A DNA stretch of 64,000 nt. It comes from a virus. Shown here in pieces: positions 30,255 to 37,885 of this stretch. The stretch is taken from IMG/VR virus record IMGVR_UViG_3300036759_000025, positions 1 through 64,000 of that record; one strand, 5' to 3'. Made by a program: the position numbers and the translations under genes. Position 1 is the stretch's first letter. Every line of letters starts with the position of its first letter. Below the pieces are notes generated by a model. That model made no database searches. It saw only the letters and a program-made list of their open reading frames with translations, and was not told the DNA's origin.

Positions 30255-30334
30255 GCGACAACGACTGGGTGGCGTTCTTCATCGTCTGTGGTGCACTGAT
30301 CGTGTTCATCTCGCTCTTCTTCATGTGGCGATGA
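30251..30334 (+). CDS. 27-aa hydrophobic micro-ORF (VSDNDWVAFFIVCGALIVFISLFFMWR)
   Basis: Its GTG overlaps the helicase stop (GTGA) and its TGA overlaps the RNase H ATG (ATGA). Single TM-like core. A paralogous micro-ORF lies at 57496. Confidence 0.35.
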   Translation: MSDNDWVAFFIVCGALIVFISLFFMWR

Positions 30335-30864
30335 GCGGCGAGAGCGGATCATGGGTCAAGTCGGTTGGCTACGGCACGCTGCACACCGATGGCGGCTGCC
30401 GCCCGACCAACCCCGGACCGGCCGGGATCGCCTGCGTGATCAAGCTGGCGGGGAAGCAGCATGTCCTAGCTCGCCCAGTCGGCATCAAGACCAACAACCA
30501 GGCCGAGTACATGGCACTGGTGGTGGGGATCAAGTACGCCCACTCGCTTGGTGCAAATGGTCTTGATATCTACGTGGACTCGAAGCTGATCCTGCACCAG
30601 ATGAAGAACCAGTGGTACGTACGCGAGCGGCAATTGGCTGAGTTCCGCCATGAAGCGCGTGCACTGCTGGACACGTTCTTCAAGAACAACTGGGATCTGA
30701 CCTGGATTCCGCGTAATAAGAACACGGTTGCTGATGCGTACTGCACCCAAGCGATCCTCAGCAACAACCCGTGGGTACCGAACTTCCTCGATCCATTCCG
30801 AGCACCGAGCCAGAAGTGGGCTCCCTTTGCGCGTCATCGTAGATACGACGACTCGCTTCGTTGA
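30331..30864 (+). CDS. rnhA: ribonuclease HI
   Basis: LHTDGGC (Asp), NNQAEYMAL (Glu), YVDSKL (Asp) and NTVADAYC (Asp) form the RNase H DEDD pattern. Confidence 0.75.
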   Translation: MSGESGSWVKSVGYGTLHTDGGCRPTNPGPAGIACVIKLAGKQHVLARPVGIKTNNQAEYMALVVGIKYAHSLGANGLDIYVDSKLILHQMKNQWYVRERQLAEFRHEARALLDTFFKNNWDLTWIPRNKNTVADAYCTQAILSNNPWVPNFLDPFRAPSQKWAPFARHRRYDDSLR

Positions 30865-31045
30865 CAACAGGGTTTACAAACGAGCACCGTAAATGGCGAC
30901 TGAAGATTCATCCTCCTATAGTTCCAATAGGAAGATATAAAGAGAGTTGATAGAGATACCAACATCCCCTCCCAGCCGCCCTTCACCCTACTACAGCCTC
31001 AAAACCTAACCCATCTGTCAAACGTCGCTTCTGGAGCCAAAAACC
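30865..31045. other. AT-rich intergenic island followed by a C-rich, nearly G-free tract
   Basis: agattcatcctcctatagttccaataggaagatataaagagagttgatagagatacc, then catcccctcccagccgcccttcaccctactacagcctcaaaacctaaccc. It contrasts strongly with the GC-rich coding sequence on both sides. Contains the small palindrome TCCTAT-agttcca-ATAGGA. Confidence 0.6.
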
Positions 31046-31714
31046 GTGCCGCATATGATCTCAACTGAGCGCAAGGATCGCCCGAAGACCCGCGAGCCGG
31101 GACGCTTCTACATCGATGAGTTGGCGCGGCTGCTGAACCGCCGTGCGGACACAATCCGTCGTTGGGAGCGATCGGGTATGCTGCCCAAGTATCTGCACCC
31201 ACGGCGTGGTTCCCGTGACTGGCGCTACTGGACTGACAACCAGGTGTACGGGTCGCGCGGAATCGTGGCGTGGATGAAGAGAGAAGACATGCGACCTGGT
31301 AACTTCTTCACTGATCCCTCGCAGGAGGAGAACCACATCCGGCGACTGCGCGTGCCGAAGATGATCAGTGAGGATGTGCTGGAGGAGATCCGCAAGTACA
31401 GCTACCAGATCACACGTGGCCCTGACAAGGGCAAGTGGAAGAAGTCACGCGAATGGATCATCGCAACGTACTACCCACAGAGTGGGTATCTGTCGGTGGA
31501 GAACTTCCTGAGGGCTGTCACACGCTACTTCGCTGAGCGTGGCTGGCCATTCCCACCGCCCTCGCCGCGCAAGTACAAGAAGGCGGCTGCCAAGGGGGCG
31601 AAGACACGCAAGGCCAACGCTCGCGCGGTCCGGCGTGCCATCAGGGAGGACAAGGAACTGCGTTCAATCGAGCGCCACGCTGATCGTCTGATCCGAATCA
31701 CGAATAACAAGTAG
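31046..31714 (+). CDS. MerR/excisionase-type HTH DNA-binding protein
   Basis: 222 aa. YIDELARLLNRRADTIRRWERSGMLP is a typical MerR/Xis-family HTH. Lysine-rich C-terminus. Start is GTG 31046 or ATG 31055. Confidence 0.5.
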   Translation: MPHMISTERKDRPKTREPGRFYIDELARLLNRRADTIRRWERSGMLPKYLHPRRGSRDWRYWTDNQVYGSRGIVAWMKREDMRPGNFFTDPSQEENHIRRLRVPKMISEDVLEEIRKYSYQITRGPDKGKWKKSREWIIATYYPQSGYLSVENFLRAVTRYFAERGWPFPPPSPRKYKKAAAKGAKTRKANARAVRRAIREDKELRSIERHADRLIRITNNK

Positions 31715-31720
31715 GGGGAC

Positions 31721-32329
31721 ATGCCAGTTCGCAAGCCGCCGCCCCGCCGTGGAGCCGTTGTAGACAAGCCTGCCGCCAAGCCGAGTGGCAGTCCGCCGCG
31801 TGGCAAACCGCCTGGTCGTACACGTCAGCGTGTCAGTAGTGATGAACCGAGGACGCGCCAGGTGCGCGAGTCGGTGATCCACAGACAACACAACGGCAAA
31901 GGTGTCAATGCCGTTGCCAAGATCGTTGATGGCGAGGTCGTGATCACCGGTCAGGTGTCGGAGACGGTACCAGTCGCCCAGTACGCCAACGTGGTGATCC
32001 TCGCTGGCCTCCAGTGGTCCTGTGGTGGGATCGACATGGAAGCGTTGATCGATGTCGAGTGGGGTGACATCGACGCCGACGAGGACTCTGACACCTATGG
32101 CGAATCGACGTTCGACTACGATGCCATGACGCCACAGCAGCAGGCTGCCTACGAGCGCATCCGTGGTGCAGTGCGCGCCACGATGAAGGTGATCGAACAC
32201 GGCAACGCCGAGGACCGTGAGACGGTCGAGCGTAGCGTGCGACTTGCCAATGAGCGTGAGGCAGCCGAGGAGGCCGAAGCGGAGCGGGCTGAGAAGGCCA
32301 AGAAGCAGCGCCGCCGCGCCTCCAGCTAA
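31721..32329 (+). CDS. hypothetical protein (basic N-terminus, acidic core, basic tail)
   Basis: 202 aa with good codon bias. No recognised motif. Confidence 0.5.
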   Translation: MPVRKPPPRRGAVVDKPAAKPSGSPPRGKPPGRTRQRVSSDEPRTRQVRESVIHRQHNGKGVNAVAKIVDGEVVITGQVSETVPVAQYANVVILAGLQWSCGGIDMEALIDVEWGDIDADEDSDTYGESTFDYDAMTPQQQAAYERIRGAVRATMKVIEHGNAEDRETVERSVRLANEREAAEEAEAERAEKAKKQRRRASS

Positions 32330-33622
32330 GTGGCCGATGTAGAAACCACATTGGTATGGTCAGCCATCCAGAATGGCGATCTTGCTGATGTCATAGCACG
32401 TGGTGTCGAGGCGGATCACTTCGCTGATGAGGACATCGCAGAGGTCTACGAGTGGGCGCAGGAGTTCTTCCTGGACCACAAACAGCAGCCAACTGCTGAA
32501 GCGATGTCAATCGAGTTCCCATACTTCAAGGCACGATTGAGCAAGGAGCCGACCAAATACCATCTTGACCGCTTCGTCCGGCAGGTCAAGCAACGCAAGG
32601 CCGAAGAGGGCCTGCGTGACTTCTTTGACATGCTGGAGGACCCGAACGAGATCGATGACATCGAGATGCACGCCATCGACTTTGCCCAGCAGCTTGTTGA
32701 GGTCGTGCCCGCCCCAGTAGCGATGTACCTGGGCCGGGAGGCGCATAAGCGCAAGGAGACGTACGACTACCGCAAGCAACATGGCATCCAACATGGCATC
32801 CCAATGGGGATTCCGACGTTTGATCGGCTGATGGTCGGGATGCAGCCGCACGAATTGGTTGTCTACGCCGGTCCGCCTGGCGCTGGCAAGACGACCGGGA
32901 TGCAGCACACGTCGATCAACGTCTATGCCAAGTCCGGCTTGAGCGTGCTGTTCGTCAGCCTGGAGGTGGAGGGCGAGCAGATCCTTCGCAAGTTCGACAC
33001 CATGCTCAGTGGTATCAGCTACCACGCGCTGAAGGCGATGGATCTCGATGTCGGTTCTGAGCAGAAGTGGATCGAGGTGCTGGAGCGCTGTGAGCACGAT
33101 GCGCTGGAGCACGACATTGCCATCAGAGATGACATTCGCAACTGCACGGTCGAGAAGGTGATCGCAGAGGAGATCAGGTTCAAGCCGGGGCTGGTAGCGG
33201 TGGACTACCTCGAAGAGATGCGCTCGCGCAAGGGTCTGGCGGACTGGGAGAGCGTCAGGGAGAACGCGCGTGGACTCAAGCAACAGGCGCGTGTAAGCAA
33301 GGTCCCGCACGTCACCGGCACTCAGATCAACCGTGAGGGCGACACCGCCCACCAGTCGATCCACAAGATTGCTGATACCCTGATCCAACTGATCCCGGAC
33401 GAGGACGACGAGAAGGTGATGAAGTACGTCCTGCGCAAGTACCGGGATGGACCCTCGCACAAGGAAGTGCTGATGAAGTGGGACTTGGACACGATGGACA
33501 TCGGTGAGATGGCACACCGCAAGGAGTACCAAGCGCTGCGCGGCAGGTCGAATGGCAACAAGCCTGCCGCACGACGGCGCAGACAACAGACGAGCCTGAG
33601 GAGTCTCCGTGGCCGTGCCTGA
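32330..33622 (+). CDS. dnaB: DnaB-like replicative helicase
   Basis: 430 aa. GIPTFDRLMVGMQPHELVVYAGPPGAGKTT (Walker A), VAVDYLEEM (Walker B), ...TGTQINREGD. Confidence 0.8.
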   Translation: MADVETTLVWSAIQNGDLADVIARGVEADHFADEDIAEVYEWAQEFFLDHKQQPTAEAMSIEFPYFKARLSKEPTKYHLDRFVRQVKQRKAEEGLRDFFDMLEDPNEIDDIEMHAIDFAQQLVEVVPAPVAMYLGREAHKRKETYDYRKQHGIQHGIPMGIPTFDRLMVGMQPHELVVYAGPPGAGKTTGMQHTSINVYAKSGLSVLFVSLEVEGEQILRKFDTMLSGISYHALKAMDLDVGSEQKWIEVLERCEHDALEHDIAIRDDIRNCTVEKVIAEEIRFKPGLVAVDYLEEMRSRKGLADWESVRENARGLKQQARVSKVPHVTGTQINREGDTAHQSIHKIADTLIQLIPDEDDEKVMKYVLRKYRDGPSHKEVLMKWDLDTMDIGEMAHRKEYQALRGRSNGNKPAARRRRQQTSLRSLRGRA

Positions 33623-33623
33623 G

Positions 33624-33863
33624 ATGCCGGATACTGCGCGCGCTCTGTTGATGGCGCTGACCGAGATCGAGCGCCACGCTACGCAGATGGCCCGTCTGAT
33701 GGGCTGCCAATGTGGCAAGCCGGTTGATGGGACGGACGGAATCTTCTACCCATACGCCTCGTTCAACCGCGACGACTCGGTTGGCAAGCCGCTTGACCAG
33801 ATTCCCTGGGAGATGCGGCATGAGCCTGGCTGTGTGATGGACGGCCAGTCCGGGGTCGGCTGA
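33624..33863 (+). CDS. hypothetical small protein
   Basis: The ATG lies 2 nt after the DnaB stop. 79 aa. Confidence 0.4.
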   Translation: MPDTARALLMALTEIERHATQMARLMGCQCGKPVDGTDGIFYPYASFNRDDSVGKPLDQIPWEMRHEPGCVMDGQSGVG

Positions 33864-34366
33864 TGGGCGCGCAAGAGGGTGTGTGGGACCCGATCTTCAG
33901 CAACTTCCACGTAGAGCCGGACGGCACATTCGTGGAGCGGGAGTTCCAGGCGGCCAAGTACGAGGGCCACCGCATCAGGCAGCTTGTCGTTATGAGGGCA
34001 AAGACGCCCCGGCGAGCGAAGCAACTTGGTCGCGAGTGGACGCTCACGGAAGACGAGCTTGTCGCCTGGAATAACCGTCGCGTCGATGTGATGCTCTACT
34101 ACGTCGATCGCAAGGTCAATGACTGGCCGTACGTGGAGGAAGCGCTGATCAAGACCGGCGATCAGAACATCGTGGAGTTCAACAGGCACCATGACAACTT
34201 CTGGGGTGACTGCACGTGCATGAAGTGCTACAAGATCGGCCAGAACTGGCTCGGTGAGACGCTGATGCTGGTCCGGCGCAGGCTGCTGGAGGGAGCGCCG
34301 AACTACGACGAGTGGACGATGCACATGCTCGCTGCCAGCCATGCCCCACTATCGCGATCTCGGTAG
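33863..34366 (+). CDS. NADAR (YbiA/DUF1768) family protein
   Basis: FSNFHVEP...EREFQAAKY...TPRRAKQLGRE...WNNRRVDVMLYYVDRKV...LIKTGDQNIVEFNRHHDNFWGDC follows the NADAR pattern (FSNF..., E..fQa.K, ak.lGr, W...r..vM, L..TG...lvE, D.fWG). Confidence 0.6.
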   Translation: MGAQEGVWDPIFSNFHVEPDGTFVEREFQAAKYEGHRIRQLVVMRAKTPRRAKQLGREWTLTEDELVAWNNRRVDVMLYYVDRKVNDWPYVEEALIKTGDQNIVEFNRHHDNFWGDCTCMKCYKIGQNWLGETLMLVRRRLLEGAPNYDEWTMHMLAASHAPLSRSR

Positions 34367-35510
34367 GCTTACCAAGAAGCTTGGTGAACGTCCGGCCTGG
34401 CTGGACCAGATCCCCGTGCGCGAGATGTTGGAGGAGCTAGGGATCGACAACATCACCGATGCCAGCATGGACGAGTTGCTGTTCTCGTGCCCGTTCGACG
34501 GCCACAGCCATGGCGACGAGCGGCCCAGCGCGTACATGAACAACGGTGCCAAGCAGCTTCACATGAACACCGTGTGGGTGTGCCATGGCTGCGGTCGGTC
34601 TGGCAACGCGATTGGCTTCGTCTCGGAATTCTCTGGGATCTCACGCCAGCGCGCCTCGCGTGAATTGAAGGAGCGCTTCGCTCCCGGCTGGCACAAGCCC
34701 CGTGGTGGTTCCATGCGCGCGGAACTGGAGCTACGGCGTGCGCAGCGTGTGGCCGCTGAGGAGGACAAGCATCCCGAGGTGCCGATCCTGGACTGGGAGG
34801 TCTACAAGCGCTTCGAGGTGGACTGGCCGAGCTACGAGGACGTGGAAGCGCCCGAGGTCCAGTACATGTTCAAGCGCGGCTTCACGTCAAGCGACTTGTC
34901 AACATGGAGAATCGGCTGGGATGAGGATTCAGATCGCATCACGATCCCGATCTGTACGCCGGACGACGAGCTTGTAGGAGTCAAGGGGCGCGCGTGGGAC
35001 CCGCACACGACGATGAAGTACCGCGTGCTCGGAGACACTGAGCGCACGATCCGCCGCAACGGAATCGTGTACGGGTTTGAACCCTACTTGAAGAGTCAGG
35101 TAGTCTTCGGTCTACACATGTGGGGACCACAGCGGACCTACGTGTGGGATGAGGGCGAGATCAACGTGATGTCCTGGTGGAAGTTCGCAATCCCCGCATT
35201 GTCAACCGGCTCGGCATCGATGTCTGATGCGCAGGCCAAGATCATCCGCGAGTACGCCGACGAGGTGGTCGTGTTCGTGGATAACAACAAGGCTGGTCAT
35301 AGCGGGACGTGGGGGTACACCGACAAGGACGGCGAGTATCACCCCGGTGCTGTCGCACGACTGTCCGCGCACGTCAACGTGAGGGTCGCGGCAGTGCACG
35401 ATGACGACGCCAACGACATGCTCAAGGCGGGTCAGTGGTGGCGAGCCAGAAGCCTGATCCACTGCGCCAAACCAGCTTGGCGGTTGCAAGCTTCGGTGGA
35501 CGCGCTATGA
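34341..35510 (+). CDS. dnaG: DnaG-type primase (CHC2 zinc finger + Toprim)
   Basis: FSCPFDGHSHGDERPSAYMN...VCHGCGRSGNAIGFV zinc-binding motif. Toprim-like WDEGEINV and VVFVDNNKAG. Confidence 0.8.
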   Translation: MPHYRDLGRLTKKLGERPAWLDQIPVREMLEELGIDNITDASMDELLFSCPFDGHSHGDERPSAYMNNGAKQLHMNTVWVCHGCGRSGNAIGFVSEFSGISRQRASRELKERFAPGWHKPRGGSMRAELELRRAQRVAAEEDKHPEVPILDWEVYKRFEVDWPSYEDVEAPEVQYMFKRGFTSSDLSTWRIGWDEDSDRITIPICTPDDELVGVKGRAWDPHTTMKYRVLGDTERTIRRNGIVYGFEPYLKSQVVFGLHMWGPQRTYVWDEGEINVMSWWKFAIPALSTGSASMSDAQAKIIREYADEVVVFVDNNKAGHSGTWGYTDKDGEYHPGAVARLSAHVNVRVAAVHDDDANDMLKAGQWWRARSLIHCAKPAWRLQASVDAL

Positions 35511-35511
35511 T
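35484..35511 (+). promoter_or_regulatory. candidate sigma70-type promoter (TTGCAA-16 nt-TATGAT)
   Basis: TTGCAA at 35484-35489 and TATGAT at 35506-35511, overlapping the primase stop. It lies 68 nt upstream of GTG 35579 and is part of the recurring CTATGATCCC motif. Confidence 0.4.
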
Positions 35512-35578
35512 CCCGTCTGAACACAGGGCCAGTGCCCGAGCGATCAAAGAGCGACCGAACCAACACAAAGGAGCGTAG

Positions 35579-36562
35579 GTGGCAGCACCAGCACGACGCC
35601 CCCGGCCGGGGAGCGTGAGGCCAAAGAGGTCCAGCGGCAGCAGCAACCCTGGACTTGGCAACGTCGATGCGATTCTCCAGCGCCAGGCTGAGAAGCGCGC
35701 GGCAGGACGTACCAACTGGGTGAAGGTGTCCGACGACGAAGAGGACCCGACGATCATCCGTGCCTATGACGTGGACGAAGGCATGTTCCGTGAGGGCTAC
35801 ATCCACCAGGTCGAATTCGAGATCGAGGTGGAGGATCGCAAGCGACGTGGCAAGACGAAGAAGATCAAGATCCGTCGCGATCGGATGTGTCTGGACCAGG
35901 ACGAGACGGGCGAGCCGTGCCCCGGCTGCCGGGATGACTTGGAGCGCCGCTTCAAGTTCTGGCTGCCGGTGATCGAACGTGACGCCCCAGTTGTCACTGA
36001 CAGCGGGAAGATCACGGACTACAAGGATCGCGTTGCACTGCTATCGGGCGGCTCCCGCCTGGTGACGGTGCTCCAGCGCATCCAGAAGAAGAAGGGTCTT
36101 GTCAACCAGGATGTCGAACTCACCAAGGGTGGTGAGGGCTTCAATGTCCAGTACGCGGGTGATGCGCTGGAGCGTTCACCGCTGTCAGCCGATGACAAGC
36201 AACTGATCAAGGACTTCGACGCCCAGAAGAAGCTCGACCGCTACACCGAGATCTACGACTTCGAGCACTTCTTCGATCCGCCTGGCAAGCAAGATGATGA
36301 CGATGAGGATGACGAGGACGTTGGCGAGCGTTCCCGCCGTCGTGGCTCATCGTTTGGACCCCGCCCCGGAAGGGGCCGTGCCGCCTCGCAGCGGGACGAC
36401 GACGATGACAGTGACGATGACGAGCCTCGCCAGCGTCGTCGCCGTTCCAGCCGTTCGCAGGCCGGTGGGCGCAAGCCCGGTCGGTTGGCAGGGCTGGGTC
36501 AGAAGGACGAGGACGAACCCGCTCCTCGCTCAACCCGGCGTCGGCCACCGCGCCGTCGCTAA
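35579..36562 (+). CDS. putative ssDNA-binding protein (zinc motif, acidic patch, Arg-rich tail)
   Basis: 327 aa, GTG after AAGGAG. CLDQDETGEPCPGC, then DDDDEDDEDV and DDDDDSDDDE blocks, ending in RRRPPRRR. Placed in the replication module. The gp32-like assignment is an inference. Confidence 0.3.
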   Translation: MAAPARRPRPGSVRPKRSSGSSNPGLGNVDAILQRQAEKRAAGRTNWVKVSDDEEDPTIIRAYDVDEGMFREGYIHQVEFEIEVEDRKRRGKTKKIKIRRDRMCLDQDETGEPCPGCRDDLERRFKFWLPVIERDAPVVTDSGKITDYKDRVALLSGGSRLVTVLQRIQKKKGLVNQDVELTKGGEGFNVQYAGDALERSPLSADDKQLIKDFDAQKKLDRYTEIYDFEHFFDPPGKQDDDDEDDEDVGERSRRRGSSFGPRPGRGRAASQRDDDDDSDDDEPRQRRRRSSRSQAGGRKPGRLAGLGQKDEDEPAPRSTRRRPPRRR

Positions 36563-36595
36563 CAACCGATTCCAGCTAAGGAGGAATCAAATACC

Positions 36596-37054
36596 ATGGA
36601 CGTTTACGTCTACCAGGAGAACAGTCGCAAGATCAAGGGCGAGGACGTGCTGGTCCTGCTCCCGATCGGCACGCTGGAGGGCTTCGAGTCCGTCGAAGAG
36701 GCGATGGAAGCGCTGATCGACTCCGAGCCGGACTACATGGGAGTCGAGTTGGTGATCTTCACCGAGGAGCCCCAGTACATCACGGCCGAGGAGCCGCCCC
36801 CGACGAAGTACAGCTTCGTCCGCCGCAACGGCAGCGGCGCGGTCGTGGAGGAGCCCGAGGCCGAGGGCGAGGAGCCCGAAGCGGAGCCCGAGGAGGAGGC
36901 CCCGGCCCCGGCTGCGCGTCGGCGTCCGGCTGCCAAGAAGGCTGCCAGCCGCAAGCCCGCCGCCAAGAAGCGCCCCGGCTCCCGTGCCGGGACGCGGGCC
37001 GGTGCCGGTGGCCGCAAGAGCCCCTTCACTCGCAACGCTGCCAGCGCCGACTAG
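36596..37054 (+). CDS. hypothetical protein with acidic linker and AKK/Arg-rich tail
   Basis: 152 aa with SD TAAGGAGGAA. Tail reads RRRPAAKKAASRKPAAKKRPGSRAG. Confidence 0.5.
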   Translation: MDVYVYQENSRKIKGEDVLVLLPIGTLEGFESVEEAMEALIDSEPDYMGVELVIFTEEPQYITAEEPPPTKYSFVRRNGSGAVVEEPEAEGEEPEAEPEEEAPAPAARRRPAAKKAASRKPAAKKRPGSRAGTRAGAGGRKSPFTRNAASAD

Positions 37055-37885
37055 GTGACAGCGCCAGCGCTGATTGCCCTGCATGGAGCGCGTGGGGCCG
37101 GGAAGGACACCACGTACCAGTTCATCAACCACTGGTGCACGGTGTCTGACCCGGCCCTTTCGGCTGTTCGCAGGGGCTTTGCCGACAAGATGAAGTGGGC
37201 TTACATGCGGATGTGGGTCCCGGACTGCACACAGGAGTGGGCAATCAACTTCATCGACCAGTGGAAGAACGATCTCGATGCAACGTGTGCTGGCATCTTC
37301 ACCGATGACGAAGGCATACTCCTGGAGGACACCAGGAAGAAGATCGAGAAGATGACCGACTCAGATGACGAGCCGTTGTACTTCATCCCGCCTGTCAACT
37401 TCCGCGATCACATGAACCAGTTCGCCACCGAGAGCGCCCGTGAGGTGTACGGTGATGACCACTGGGTTGATCAACTCCTGCCAGCCAAGCCGGATGCTCG
37501 CAACCCGGAGGGCTGGCATGGCTCGTTCCTGACACCGCCCAAGACGGATGACGACTGGCCCTACAGCATCGCTGACTTCTGCGTGATCACCGATCTCCGT
37601 GCTGAGAACGAGGTGGAGCGTGTCAAGGAGCTTGGTGGACTGTGCGTGAAGATCAAGCGCCGGGACGCCGAGGAGAAGCAGCGCCGCTACTACGAGGAGC
37701 GCGGAGAGGACCCGCACCTGTTCGCCAGCGAGCTACCAGAAGACCTGATGGATGTCGTCATCAACAACGATGACAACGACATGGACGAAGCCAGGCGCCG
37801 TACCAACCACCTCATGCACGAGATCAAGCGCAATGGCATCGACTCGATCAAGCGGGGCCTACCGCGCCCCTGGAGGATTGGATGA
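37055..37885 (+). CDS. putative deoxynucleoside monophosphate kinase (P-loop)
   Basis: N-terminal IALHGARGAGKDT P-loop, typical of phage dNMP kinases. GTG start abuts the upstream stop. Confidence 0.45.
   Translation: MTAPALIALHGARGAGKDTTYQFINHWCTVSDPALSAVRRGFADKMKWAYMRMWVPDCTQEWAINFIDQWKNDLDATCAGIFTDDEGILLEDTRKKIEKMTDSDDEPLYFIPPVNFRDHMNQFATESAREVYGDDHWVDQLLPAKPDARNPEGWHGSFLTPPKTDDDWPYSIADFCVITDLRAENEVERVKELGGLCVKIKRRDAEEKQRRYYEERGEDPHLFASELPEDLMDVVINNDDNDMDEARRRTNHLMHEIKRNGIDSIKRGLPRPWRIG

Noticed and set aside
31053-31058. Another TATGATC hexamer at the start of the HTH gene, as a fifth promoter copy.
   Set aside because: It overlaps the candidate start codons (GTG 31046 / ATG 31055). No in-frame start lies downstream for it to serve, so it is probably coincidental.
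31046-31714. The MerR/Xis-type HTH protein as evidence of a lysogeny (excision) module or prophage.
   Set aside because: No integrase, repressor/Cro pair or att-like repeat is visible in the window. The HTH alone is equally compatible with a transcriptional regulator, so no prophage call is made.
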